Source: Marsupella aquatica
Lineage: Eukaryota; Plantae; Marchantiophyta
Assembly (NCBI GenBank): GCA_973895155.1
Contig: OZ316893.1
Span: forward strand, 23,768,015-23,832,014
Direction: 5' to 3'
Length of the DNA: 64,000 nt
The notes beneath the pieces were generated by a model. That model ran no database searches. It was not told the origin of the DNA and was given only the letters and a program-made list of their open reading frames with translations. Below are positions 52,711 to 64,000 of the stretch, in pieces. Positions within the stretch are counted from its first letter, which is position 1. Each line of letters starts with the position of its first letter. The translations under genes and the position numbers were made by a program.

Positions 52711-53865
52711 ACTACGCGTGCTCCGCCCGCGCTCTTTGTTGGCCCCGTCCCCGCTCCACCGCGTAGTTCGGATAGTATACGTATAGAGTTCTCGTACGTA
52801 TAGGATAATCAGGGTTTAGTCCGTCGTTAAGGTCCTCAGGGTGGTATTTGGTTTTTGGGGCTTTAGGCTGCTGCCACCTTAGCAGTTTTGGCCTTTACAA
52901 TATCTCATTAAAAAGTAACCATACAATTTTGCGGTGTTCGATCTGACCTCTTTTTATCCTGGGTAGATGAGTATGCGAAGTGTTTGGGACAGTTGTTCCA
53001 AATTCAAACTCCAGATAAACTGACTGGATCAATAAGCAACACGCTTCCAAAGCAAGTCAGAATAAACACTGAATATATCAAAGCAATATACACTATAAAT
53101 TGGCAATATTCTAGAATATTTTCTTCATAAAATAGGAGTATTTACATTAGATTAGTATAATTGCAAGTGTTACCCTGAAATATACACTAAGTTAGCCCCC
53201 CTCCCCCCCCCCCACCCATACCCCCATTTTGAATTGTGTTTGGCAAATCATTTTGGCTTTGCGTGGATAGCCAAAGCAACAAATTGAGACGAGCGAGAAT
53301 GCAGAGAGTATCATGTTTTTCTACTTGTGATTATTTTGGGGCACATTTTCATGTAGATTTGGGATATTCTTGTGTAATTACATACCATGTACAAGGATAG
53401 GGACATTATCCAAAATGCATATGGTATCAATGTGAACTTTCAATGAAAATATATTGCATCCATGCATAGGATCTTCCAAGATCTATGAACTCTACTGTGC
53501 ACAGCCTTGAAGCACTAGTATGTTACTCTATGGCAGGAATATATGGACTTTCACCACAATTTCCCTGTTCAGTATTTGCTCTAATTTGCTGTTAGGGAGG
53601 AATAACGGCAATGTCATCCAGCTATCCAAAGTAATAGTGTTTCTTGACTACATCTAGCCTAAAATGATGAATTGCAACCCACCTATCAAGGTTGAATAGG
53701 AAGCTGTAAACCAATCAATCTCATGAGAAAAGAACTGAATAGAAGTTGGTGGCAATCATTCCAAGGCTTCAAGCACTCCTTTCAGAGTAACGGTAAAGGC
53801 AATCCATGATTAATTTTTTGCCTTAAAGTCTTGCATTAATTGATTGAATGCCATTCATGGCAGTT

Positions 53866-54662
53866 TAGGGTTTAAACTTGTCCGACAAATAGAGGCCTTT
53901 GGACTCGACAACCGACAAGTTGTCACCCGGTCCACCCCGGTCCCCGGTCCGGCTCCCGGCCGGTAATTCCCGGCCTGGTTACTATCCCCGGAATGTTACC
54001 CGGTTCCGTCCCGGCCCGGCCCGTCGCGACCAGAAAATCCCGGCCCGGCTCGTGTATTTGGAATCGGCACCCCTCTCCCGGCCTGTGTATATGTGGCCGG
54101 CCCGGTCCCTTCCCCTTCCCGGCCCGGTCCCTTCCCGGCCCGGCCCCTTCCCTTCCCGGCCCCTTCCATTCCCGGCCCTGCCCCTTCCCGGCCCGGCCCC
54201 TTCCCTTCCCGGCCCTGCCCCTTCCCGGCCCGGCCCCTTCCATTCCCGGCCCTGCCCCTTCCCGGCCCTGCCCCTTCCCGGCCCTGCCCCTTCCCTGTGT
54301 ATATCCCGCCTGGTCCCTTCCCCTTCCCGGCCCGGTCCTGCATCCCGCCCGGCCCCGCACTCGGCCCGCCCTCACCTAGTGTTTGTGAGGCCGGGCCGGG
54401 TGCGGGGCCGGGCGGGATGCGGGGCCGGGCCGGGAAGGGACCTGGCCGAGCCGGGTGCCGGACCGAGCCGGGAATGGAAGGGGCCGGGAAGAGTCGGGGA
54501 GGGAATGGGCCGGGCCGGGAAGGGAATGGGCCGGGCCGGGAAGGGATTGGGCCTGGCCGGGGCATAAGAAGGAATATGCGACAAATAGGGTCATTTTCGG
54601 GCGACAAATGACAAGTTGTCGTGTCCGACAACACGACAACTTGTCCGACAGCTCAAACCGGG
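53866..54662. mobile_element. GC-rich non-autonomous element (hAT/MITE-like) with oppositely oriented subterminal repeat arrays
   Basis: Termini AGGGTTTAAACTTGTCCGACAA and TTGTCCGACAGCTCAAACCGG are imperfect inverted repeats with GACAA/TTGTC motifs; left half (CCCTTCCCGGCCC)n, right half (GGGCCGGGAAGGG)n. Confidence 0.7.
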
Positions 54663-55502
54663 GTTTTAGCCCCATCCTTCATTCTATCATATGAACCTTT
54701 TTGGGATTGAAACACTTCTTTAATTGATTTTATATCATCCTTGGTAGTTAATGTGTTAATCAGCATTCATTCTACAATTCTATTTATTGAACCTCCGTGT
54801 AAGCAAAAGCCAGAAACAGGATAACCTTATTCATTGCGGTGATGTCATAACATGGTGTTCTTGTACAATCAATGAGATCATTGAGAGTCTACTTCAATCT
54901 TCCTCTCCCCACACCAGAGGAAGCAAAAGGTCTCTGTTTGTGTCTCTTGTTTGTTCTTTCTTCCTCGTCTTGACCTGTCCATCACCATCGCTCGCCCTTG
55001 CTGGTACATCTGCGTTTGCTTGTGCCGCTCTGTTCTCACATCTCTACCTACAGTCTGTCACCTATTTCTAGCCGGATTCTTCAGCATTGTTAAACCACAC
55101 ATCGGGGTATTTAAAGGAGCCTGGTACTGTACAGCCATAAATGCTGGGCAGGGTGCAGGGAAGTCCAGGGTTGGGCAGGAGGGATGGTTCACAACTCCAA
55201 AGTTCACTAAATTTCATTGTAACAAATATTTACTCATTTTTGAAACCGAAAACACCCAACTGTAGATCTCGTCTACATCTTTCTTTTGCACCCTAGATCA
55301 CCTTCTAACGTGGACGGGCAAGATTTTAAGATGCAATAAACAATGAACGGCAGAGATTGCAAAATCAACAAATCGACAGCCAGGGGGGTTTAGATTTGTT
55401 TTATTTTTCATTTGAGAAATATCAACCCATTTACAAAATGGATAGATTACTGTGCAGTAGTGATTCTTCAGCATTGTCAAGGGTGGTGCACCTGGAAAAA
55501 CC

Positions 55503-57071
55503 GCACGTTAAATCTACAACGTGTTAATGCTCCCCCATTTTCCTGGGGCTCTGTACTACACTGCCCGTCCCAGTCCCGGATGTTGTTGCCTGCTCCCGCC
55601 CAAGTTTACCAGAACACAAACCACAACTATTCTATTTTGTCACTCGCTCTGGAACCGATCAACTTTGTGCCATCAACTTTGGGTTTTGGCACCTTTCATT
55701 TGTCGTTGCCTGCTCTGGCCCGATCAACTTTGTGTCATCAACTTCTTCCTTGTGGTGGAGTCTTGGTTTATGTTTTGCCAACACTTATTTCCGACGGAGT
55801 CAAGTTTGCTTTGTAGAAGAGTCTAAGTGTTGCAGAGCCGTGTACTTTGGTTAAGAGTCAAGATTGATAGTCTTGTTTATTGTTTTGCCAAATGCTTCTT
55901 CTCTTTGGAGTTGTGGTTTATATTTTGGCAACACTTCTTTCCAACAGAGTCAAGTTTGCTTTATAATATAGTCTAAGTGTTGCAAAGCCGTGTACTTTGG
56001 TTAAGAGTCAAGATTGATAGAGTCTTGGTTAATGTTTTGCCAAATTTTCTTCTCTATGGAGTCGTGGTTTATGTTTTGGCGACACTTCTTTCCAACGGAG
56101 TCAAGTTCACTTTGTAATAGAGTCTAAGTGTTGCAGAGCCTAGTACTTTGGTTAAGAGTCAAGATTGATAGAGTCTTGGTTAATGTTTTGCCAAATGCTT
56201 ATTCGCAATGGAGTCGTGGTTTATGTTTTGGCGACACTTCTTTCCAACGGAGTCAAGTTTGCTTTGTAATATAGTCTAAGTGTTGCAGAGCTGTGTACTT
56301 TGGTTAAGAGTCAAGATTGATAGAGTCTTGGTTAATGTTTTGCCAAATGCTTCTTCTCTTTGGAGTTGTGGTTTATATTTTGGCGACACTTCTTTCCAAC
56401 GGAGTCAAGTTTGCTTTGTAATATAGTCTAAGTGTTGCAGAGTCGTGTACTTTGGTTAAGAGTCAAGATTGATAGAGTCTTGGTTACTGTTTTGCCAAAT
56501 GCTTCTTCTCAATGGAGTCATGGTTTATGTTTTGGCGACACTTCTTTCCAACAGAGTCAAGTTTACTTTGTAATAGAGTCTAAGTGTTGCAAAGCCTAGT
56601 ACTTTGGTTAAGAGTCAAGATTGATAAAGTCTTGGTTAATGTTTTGCTAAATGCTTATTCTCAATGGAGTCGTGGTTTATGTTTCGGCGACACTTCTTTC
56701 CAATGGATTCATGCCCGTTTAGTAATAGAGTGTTAAGGCAAAGCCTAGTACTTTGGATAAGAGTCAATCATGATTAATGATAGAGTTTTGGTTTATGTTC
56801 TAGCAAACTTGGGCTGAAGTGGACCGGGGGAGTGGGCAGCAGCAATGGGGACTTGGGCCGGAGCGGGTAACAAGTGATAGGTGCCAGAACATAAACTTGA
56901 AGTTGATGGCACAAAGTTGATCGGGCCGGAACAGATGACAATATGATAAAGTCTTGGTTTATGTTTTGACAAACTCCGGCCATAACGGGCAGCAGCATCG
57001 GGGACTGGGACGAGCAATGTATGGGGCCCCGAGAAAGTGGGGAGCATTAACACTTTGTAGATTTAACACGC
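55503..57071. mobile_element. Foldback/Mutator-like non-autonomous element with ~220-bp inverted arms
   Basis: Left GTTAAATCTACAACGTGTTAATGCTCCCC...CCGATCAACTTTGTGCCATCAACTT matches the reverse complement of right AAGTTGATGGCACAAAGTTGATCGG...GGGGAGCATTAACACTTTGTAGATTTAAC. Confidence 0.85.
55758..56790. repeat. Tandem array of 150-152-bp units, about 6.5 copies, inside the foldback element
   Basis: GTCTAAGTGTTGC at 55821, 55971, 56122, 56274, 56426, 56578; each unit contains several GAGTC-initiated subrepeats. Confidence 0.95.
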
Positions 57072-58060
57072 AATCAGGGAAAACCTGTATTTGTTCTTAG
57101 TACTCTTTAATTGCACGGATACGTGTTCATGTAAGCGTTGTTGTCGGCATAGAGGGCACGTCACAGACAATTATCCATCCCTTTTCCACTTGTTCGATGA
57201 TATACTTGGTTATTTAAGTTTTAGTTTAATTCTCACGCCAATTTCATCGAGGGCAGTTTCCGGTACCACACCAAATTGAATAGATATCTCGGGGTGCATC
57301 GTCAATGGCACATCAAGCACTATCAGTGTACGCACAAACACTGCACTGGCAACTTCAATGATAGGTTTGGCCTCTTCATGGCCTAGATTTGACACCCATA
57401 GGTTATCATCCAGGTAAGAGAAGCAAATCTAAAACTAGTAAAAGGTTGTAGAGGACCTGCTGACCGGTCCAAAGGCAGAAACAAGACTACATCCCACAGC
57501 CATGCAGTCCAATACCAGGTGTTGTTTTGCAAAGAATGCAATCCGATTTTAAGCAGACAAAACTGTGAACAGGGTGGAATGGTGTCCGCCTTTCCGAAGA
57601 AATTACTTGTCCTTCGCTGGGAAATGACTCATTTAAGGGCTAATGAACATCCCATTTTGAGCAGTCGTTTCGAACACGGATCAGCTGATCATCTGAAGCC
57701 TTCAAACAACGGCTTTCCGTAAAATTACACACGATTGAATCCTGAAAGGACACTCGAAACACCTGTCTTCGCAAGGGAAATCTTGGATATGGCCCGTGTC
57801 TATAAATTCAACAAGTGGAGAGACGAAGATAACGTAAGAATCTGTAATGCAGGCCTGAACTTAATGCAGATCAGACAATATTCTACGAACGCGGCAGCTC
57901 TTACCAGATGTCTCGTCGTTGATGCTACACAGGGCGGAACATTTACATATGAAACTGAGTCAACGAAAGGAAGTGAATTTCCTAGAATGGCTGACATCTG
58001 AGACAATATTCACAGGTACATACAAATTTAACAGGGGCTGCCTGAGAAAGGATCACCCTT

Positions 58061-60866
58061 TCACACGTCTAAAAAAAAGCTCATTATCCGACTCTGTTGC
58101 TGCCGCTCTCTATCAACTAATGTGGCTTTGCTGACTTTGTAGCACCAGCGTTGCAAAGTCAATAGATCCTCTGACGTAAACATATGAGGATTTCCTGCCA
58201 TGTATTGATAAGACCCTCGAAACATTCGCCTTGCATCATCCAGAGGGATCCCCGGCGGTAATCTGTCTTCCGGTGCGTCCATACCATCTGTCAACGCAAG
58301 AAGATGGTCCTCACCATTGTTGCCTCCCGACTCCACATCCCGAATCATGTGGAGTAGCTCCTCATCTGTGTATGAGGTCTCTGTTTGATCCTCCCCGGGC
58401 ATCATAATATACTGATTCGGGCTTAAAGCCAAATCCCCAAGCTGCAGATTGCTGATGAGGGTGGCAAGCTCATATTCTACGCCAGTTTGCATCCTTACGT
58501 GCTCTCTCTCATCAGCTGCATTTAAGTCCACATTCCGTACCGCTGGATAAATGTTGACCTTGCACCAGGACTGCTGTATAGTTTGTGGTGTCACCTCTTC
58601 CCAAGCCAGAACAGCCCAGATAATGGCATCTTTGACACTAGCCAGGGACCTTGTGTGAGCTGATGAATTCCCAGGCTGTCCACTTTCCAGATCATCCAGG
58701 CTCCACGAGAGCAGATGTTTCCTATAATGCATCTTGAAGGCTTCTATGCAGCCTGCGTCCAGAGGCTGGACAGCAGAGGTTGTTCTCGGAGGGAAGAAGA
58801 GCAAAGTGACAGACGAGAGCTGAATTGTCTGAAAGGTGTGGATTCGTACTTTTTCATGTCCAGGAATGTCATGACTAGGAGCATTATCAAGAAGTATGAG
58901 GATCCTCCTCCTCTTTGACGCCATCTCTCTATTAACCTTCCGTACCCAGTCTACAAATACCTGGTGCAAACATCATCCAGAAATTGTAAGTCGGTGCCTC
59001 ACCAGAAGTTCTCCTTCAACCAGAAAATCAACAAATACAAGAAATCAGTATAATTATAGACATTCAAGAATTACAATAACAGTTGTCTTTGTTCCTAGTA
59101 GAGTAAACAAGATGCACGTATGATGCGTCTCTACCATCCGCTCAACTCCTGGCCCCTTCCAGTCTTTACAAGGCAATTGAAAGGAATCGCTTGAAAGATT
59201 CTGCAGGGGGACATAAACTTCTGTTCTGGTGGCATTCATATGACCAAAGAAAAGCATCGACATAACTATGCTCAAAATCGCAACCCCATCAATCTCAAAA
59301 CGAATGTAATTTTAGAAATTGAGAAAGAAAGTAGGTGATGCAGGGCAGAGAATAAAAAATATTACTAGGACTCGAGAAATGACATGAGACCCATCCAAGC
59401 GATCTGCCAAAAATTGAGTCGTACGGGAAAAGTTCGAAGGCTCAAGATTCCGATTCAACTTGAAATGACACTGTAAATTCTAAACGGTCTTTACGATGCG
59501 GAGTCAAGTTTTTCAACTAATCACGATAAAATGAGGAAGCTCTTAAGGTACGCTTGAAATTCCATTTGTTCTTATCATCATCTACCCAGGGACTGTGACT
59601 AAGATTCTTTATAGGGAAAGGCTTTGTAGACTATGTACAGCATCTGTCGTAGACACTCCCACGTCATTGTGGAAATTATATGGACGAGTAAGACTGAATG
59701 GTATGAAACAGCAGGGAAAGCCAATCTTTCTCTCACAGCGTGCTAGTCTTCAAACGAAATTTTGACAAGAACTTCTAATTGACCGTACAAGCCACGAGAA
59801 ACGGGCGACATGTGGAGCAGAGCGCAGGAACTTACATTGTTGGTCATCCGCGCGTGATTGTTGTAGTGGTAGTGAACCAGAGTCTCAGGATTCCAACCGG
59901 CAAAACAGCGAGGCGATTTCGACTTATATACAACCACCAATTTGAGCTTTTCTTCGCCAGTGGCATTGAGGCAGAACCCAATCGTTATCCTATCTTTCTG
60001 CAGCTTTCTTATTCTCAAAGGTATTGTGACAACATTCTTGACTGGCTGTGCTCTGAAATACAGACCCGTTTCGCCAAAATTGAACACGTCTTGAGGGTGA
60101 AATCCAAGCTCGTCGATAATCTTCTGCAGCACACTCGTGGCTCTATTTATTCCCGCTTGGTCAGCATCTTGAGGTTCGTGAGTCACATTGCTGAGTTTTA
60201 TGCTATGACGTTTCTTGAAATTGGCAAGCCAACCATCGCTCGACTTGAAATTCTCAATGCCAGCCTCTCGTGCTAGTTGTTTCGCCCTGTCCCTCAATTG
60301 CGAGTCGGTCATGCTCTTCGTTGTACATTGTTTCTGCAAATTCTAAACCCCCGACAGTTAGTAGCCTTACAATCCAAGCACGACTCTTACATTCTCACAT
60401 TTTAGCAGACAGCTAACACGGGATTGCTTATTACCTGACTATACCAGGCGTAGAGAGCAGCTTCCAATCCGAGAAAGGGAGACTTCCGGGCCCGTTTCCG
60501 CCTGCCCTCGTCCGCCATTCCCGCGCAGTCCACCGCGAGCCATTTTTCCTTCTCTTTGAGAATTTTTGTCACGGTAGACCTCCCAATTTGAAGTTTCCGC
60601 TTCAAGAGAAACTGTGAGAGAATTTCCTCGTGCGACAGTAACGGGCTCTCCTCGTGCATTTTGCAAATTTCCTGCTTATCAGCAATGCTAAGCTGCGCAC
60701 GTGTCTTCGTTCTCGTAATCTGCAAACCAATATCCCCCTCTGGCCCTCCTAGAGACTCCACTCCCTCACCGAGCGGAAGGACTGCCAAGGCCAGCGTATT
60801 CTTTATCTTCCTGGGCCTCCGCTTGCGCGGTGGACCTGTGGAAGCGTCCATCTCATCCAATTCCAT
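58061..60866 (-). CDS. CENP-B / pogo-Tigger transposase-derived protein (~609 aa), exons 60866-60435, 60333-59836, 58960-58061; probably catalytically inactive
   Basis: NLS-like PPRKRRPRKIK; first HTH LSIADKQEIC...IGRSTVTKILKEKEKW; Tc5/CENP-B HTH LEAALYAW...FKSSDGWLANFKKRH; DDE_1 region VFNFGETGLYF, KDRITIGFCLNATG, LLDNAPSH, PPRTTSAVQPLDAG; C-terminal QSRIMSFF. Two phase-0 GT-AG introns, no stops or frameshifts. Confidence 0.9.
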
Positions 60867-61811
60867 GTTGCCTCCCTCCACTTTCGCTGGATTTGACTCT
60901 TGGCGCAAAATGCGAATCTCTTTTACCTCCCCAAATTAGCCCGGGACAAGAAATCACACCATTCCACAAGTCGGTCCAGTCTTACGACCAAAACAGCGAG
61001 GTCAGACATGCAAATCGGCAGCAGCGACGAAAACTGCCTCGAGTTACATGATCCCCTGACTGCTCGTGTCGTCGAGCCAATTGAGGTTTCAAATCTTGTT
61101 ATGAGAATAGATTCTTTATATCTGTCCCGTCAAGTCAACATAATCCAACCTCAGGAACTCGCCAATTGATTCAGAACCCAAAGAGGAAGGAACTCCGAAT
61201 GGAGTTTCGACCACAATTGGCGTCATCTGAGCACAGCGGGCAATGGAATTTCTAACCAATTCAGTCAAATCTCTGTCAGAAATTTGGCAAGAACTCTCCT
61301 GGCGAGCCCTGCACCGTGAGTTTCACCGAACGAGCAGGACGGGAATCCCCTCTCAACACGACAAGAACAGAGCCATCGAATTGATACATCGAATTAACTC
61401 AGATTCCCATCAATTAGTTACCATCACCTTCCCTCCTCCCTCCCGACTGTCGGTGAGTAAAGAACAACTCGAACACTCTGAGCCTTAAACATCCAAACAA
61501 GAATGCTCTCGCTCCGCACAGACAAGCTGCCTATCGAGGAGTCAAGAAACGAGATGCAAAGTGGCAGATACTGAGCATCAAGACCTCGAATTCCTGCTGC
61601 AAAGCAACTACAATCCTCACACACGAAACTCTCGCGAGAGGATCTGTGCAAGCAGCCAGCACACAGCCAACTGCGCCGGACACATTTTGGTCAGTACTGT
61701 CTCGGTGATTCAAACTGACAGCAGCACCGCAGAATTCCGGGCCCGATTTCTTAGTATCCAAAACATCAGATCCCCATCTTTCACGAAGAAAAAACGTCCC
61801 TCTGTGGCAAA

Positions 61812-61846
61812 ACCCCGTAACCCTAACAATTTCTCTAAACCCTAAG
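61812..61846. promoter_or_regulatory. Telo-box-like motifs in the probable 5' leader of the CENP-B-like gene
   Basis: AACCCTAA and AAACCCTAA. Confidence 0.35.
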
Positions 61847-62684
61847 CCAGTCATATCCATATGCTCTTTTTCTTTTGCGCTCTCGCTCATCGCCCAACGG
61901 TACAAGATTGGTTCTCCTAGTGGAGGTTGAGCGGATTACAGTGACTTCAAGTGCTCTTCTACGGAGGGGCTTGCAACGGCGAGTGGCGTGGGGTTTCTCG
62001 CCGTTGCTCTACGGTCGAGATGTTCTTATATCACGCCGCTTGTACAAGAGGACTCGATAGTGCGCTGATGATGAGTTTTGGGTGATTATCCTGTTGGACG
62101 CCTTTCTGTGTTCAAAATTCTTTTGAACCTTGGGAGCAGCTTTCGTTGTACCGTAGGCCCTATCAGGTTCCCTCACAAAGGAAATTATTGTTTAAATTTC
62201 AGTCGGAGACAAGATTTTCGCTTGGAAAAACATTTGCATAGTTCAGGAGTTTTATAAGTTTTTTATGTAAAACATTGATTTGTCACTGTCTAAATTGCTA
62301 TCTAAGGCAAAGCATTAAATCTAGTGAAATTATTTATGGCATACGCAAACTTGATTGTTCGTATAATAAGATTTAGCACTGCCGATGAATAAGGATACAG
62401 AAAATTTAACAACCAGAGACGCCATGAGGTATAGACTGCAAATTTCCTATTCAGGAGAACTTTACAAGACTTTGGCTGCACCTGCGAGGTTTTTCACCAA
62501 AGTAAACTAAAGGGCCATTCAAGCAGTGCTGAATCCAGTTTAAAGCATCAGCTGATATTTCTGGTCCCCAAAGAAATGCTGCCAGAAAGAGCCTTAAAAT
62601 CCAGCAGCTTACAATAAAATCCCAACAGGTAAATCTGGGATCTTTGAAAAATTGCAAAGTGATAGTTTGAACACCCTTTCTCCC

Positions 62685-62812
62685 TCCTGGATATGACCCC
62701 CCACTCCCCCCCCCGCCCTTCTCTTGTGGGTTACCCTACAGAAGTGCATGCTCCGGAGTTGATCATCTATCCTTTGTTGGATGGGTCGCCTTATGTTTCA
62801 AGGCAGAAAAAA
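62685..62812 (+). repeat. Short dispersed repeat, copy 2
   Basis: Matches 21190-21290 with a short insertion. Confidence 0.6.
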
Positions 62813-63284
62813 GTGCAAAGTGATCCGATCATCAATGTGAATCCAATGAATGATCGCCGGCAAAACATAACTCCCCAAAAACTAGCATGAGATACTGGCA
62901 ATGTCTCACAGAGATGGAAATGGTAGGAAGGGGAGTTGTTGAGTGACAGGGAAAACAACCAGGTAAATTGAAATGTCCCATGCAAGAATTAACCAAGTGT
63001 GAGGTTGGAATTAACCTGGCAAGCAAAATGTCCAATGGAAAAAGCTCTACCTGGCTTTTCAATTTGTAGCTCACTAGGGTTTTAGTTATGTTGGTTTGTT
63101 TGGAACTCGGCTTGCTAGCTCTTGGGCTTTCCTTTGTTTACTTCTTGATTGATTTTTTTGCGTTTGTGATCCTTTCTCCTGGTCTGGCACCTTTTACTCT
63201 TTGCAAGTGTTCTATATGGAGGGTCTACCTTATGTGGTATCCTCAGCCAAAGAATCTAGTTGACTTTTCCTAGTGTGAGATACG

Positions 63285-63968
63285 ATGCACTTTTTGTTTA
63301 TGATTAGCAAGATAAAAAGTATATATTATATATTTCTGTCCTATGCGACCTTCCCCAATTGCATCCTATGGCAAACAAATATATCAAGGGGAGGGGGCCC
63401 TATGTCCTAAGAGACCTCCCCTGTTTGTATCCTGTCTCTTTTATCTGAGTTTGAAGGCCAAACATCTACAGCACAATGGGGAGGGGGTATTGCAAAAGAA
63501 CATTCTACCAAAAGTGACTATGCTGAAAAACTTCACTTATGTTATTACACGAGAAATTATCTTGATGGACCCCCAAACCAACCCCATCAGTTTTTGGGTA
63601 CGTTGATTTAAGATCTATCAACAGTCTGGATCACTCATGGGGTCCATCAAGTAAATCTTTCTATTATTATGACAAAATAAACAACAATTTACCATCAAAG
63701 AATAAGAAGATCCTTTTGCATCTTTTGAATATAAGCCGAGTACACAGACAGATAAGATTACCCAGCCAAAGTATATAGACGGCCGACCTTTTGTAGTGCA
63801 AGACAAGATGCACTTTTTGCTATAACTGGCAAGATAACAAGGAGGGGGTTGTTCTACGGGACCTTCCCCGTTTGTGTCCTAAGGCAGAAAAAGATAACCA
63901 GCGGGAGGGGGGCACTGTCCTGTGGGGCCTCCCGTGTTTGTATCCTGTCTCTTTTATTTGATTGAAAT
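63285..63968. repeat. Degenerate direct repeat (~170 bp x2, about 500 bp apart)
   Basis: GATGCACTTTTTG...GCAAGATAA...GACCTTCCCC...TGTTTGTATCCTGTCTCTTTTAT at ~63285-63455 and ~63787-63968. Confidence 0.7.
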
Positions 63969-64000
63969 CTCATTTTGTAGGCAAAAAACTGTTGGAAACA

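Noticed and set aside
53899-54694. Pro/Gly/Arg-rich ORFs of 130-220 aa on both strands
   Set aside because: They are translations of the GC-rich repeat, open in most frames because stop codons are absent; no domain signal.
55758-56790. Regular repeat array superficially like a CRISPR array
   Set aside because: Whole units repeat with no unique spacers, no cas genes, eukaryotic context.
57210-57420. Short protein-like minus-strand frame (EEAKPIIEVASAVFVRTLIVLD)
   Set aside because: Isolated, no partner exons or family recognised; could be a gene fragment but is unsupported.
58061-60866. Active autonomous pogo transposon
   Set aside because: First catalytic Asp is missing and no TIR/TA TSD was found; reported instead as a candidate domesticated gene.

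Overview
Eukaryotic land-plant genomic DNA. Long intron-containing leaders and the divergence of the proteins suggest a non-seed plant such as a liverwort (inference). Five protein-coding genes can be read from the sequence: a 6-exon plastid RelA/SpoT homolog of the RSH2/3 type (minus), a single-coding-exon At5g19025-like membrane protein preceded by a long uORF (plus), a ~27-exon transportin-SR/MOS14 (plus), a 15-exon meiotic recombinase DMC1 with two minor-spliceosome (U12) introns, one of them AT-AC (minus), and a 3-exon intact pogo/Tigger (CENP-B-like) gene whose first catalytic Asp is replaced by Gly, a candidate domesticated transposase (minus). Intergenic DNA holds an internally deleted Ty1/copia element with a perfect 5-bp TSD, a solo LTR of the same family, several non-autonomous inverted-repeat elements (one enclosing a 152-bp tandem array), a ~158-bp tandem array, probable eroded LINE and Helitron remnants and many small tandem duplications. 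Best leads: the CENP-B-like gene, the putative conserved-peptide uORF and the satellite-bearing foldback element. All exon boundaries were read by eye; no searches were run.
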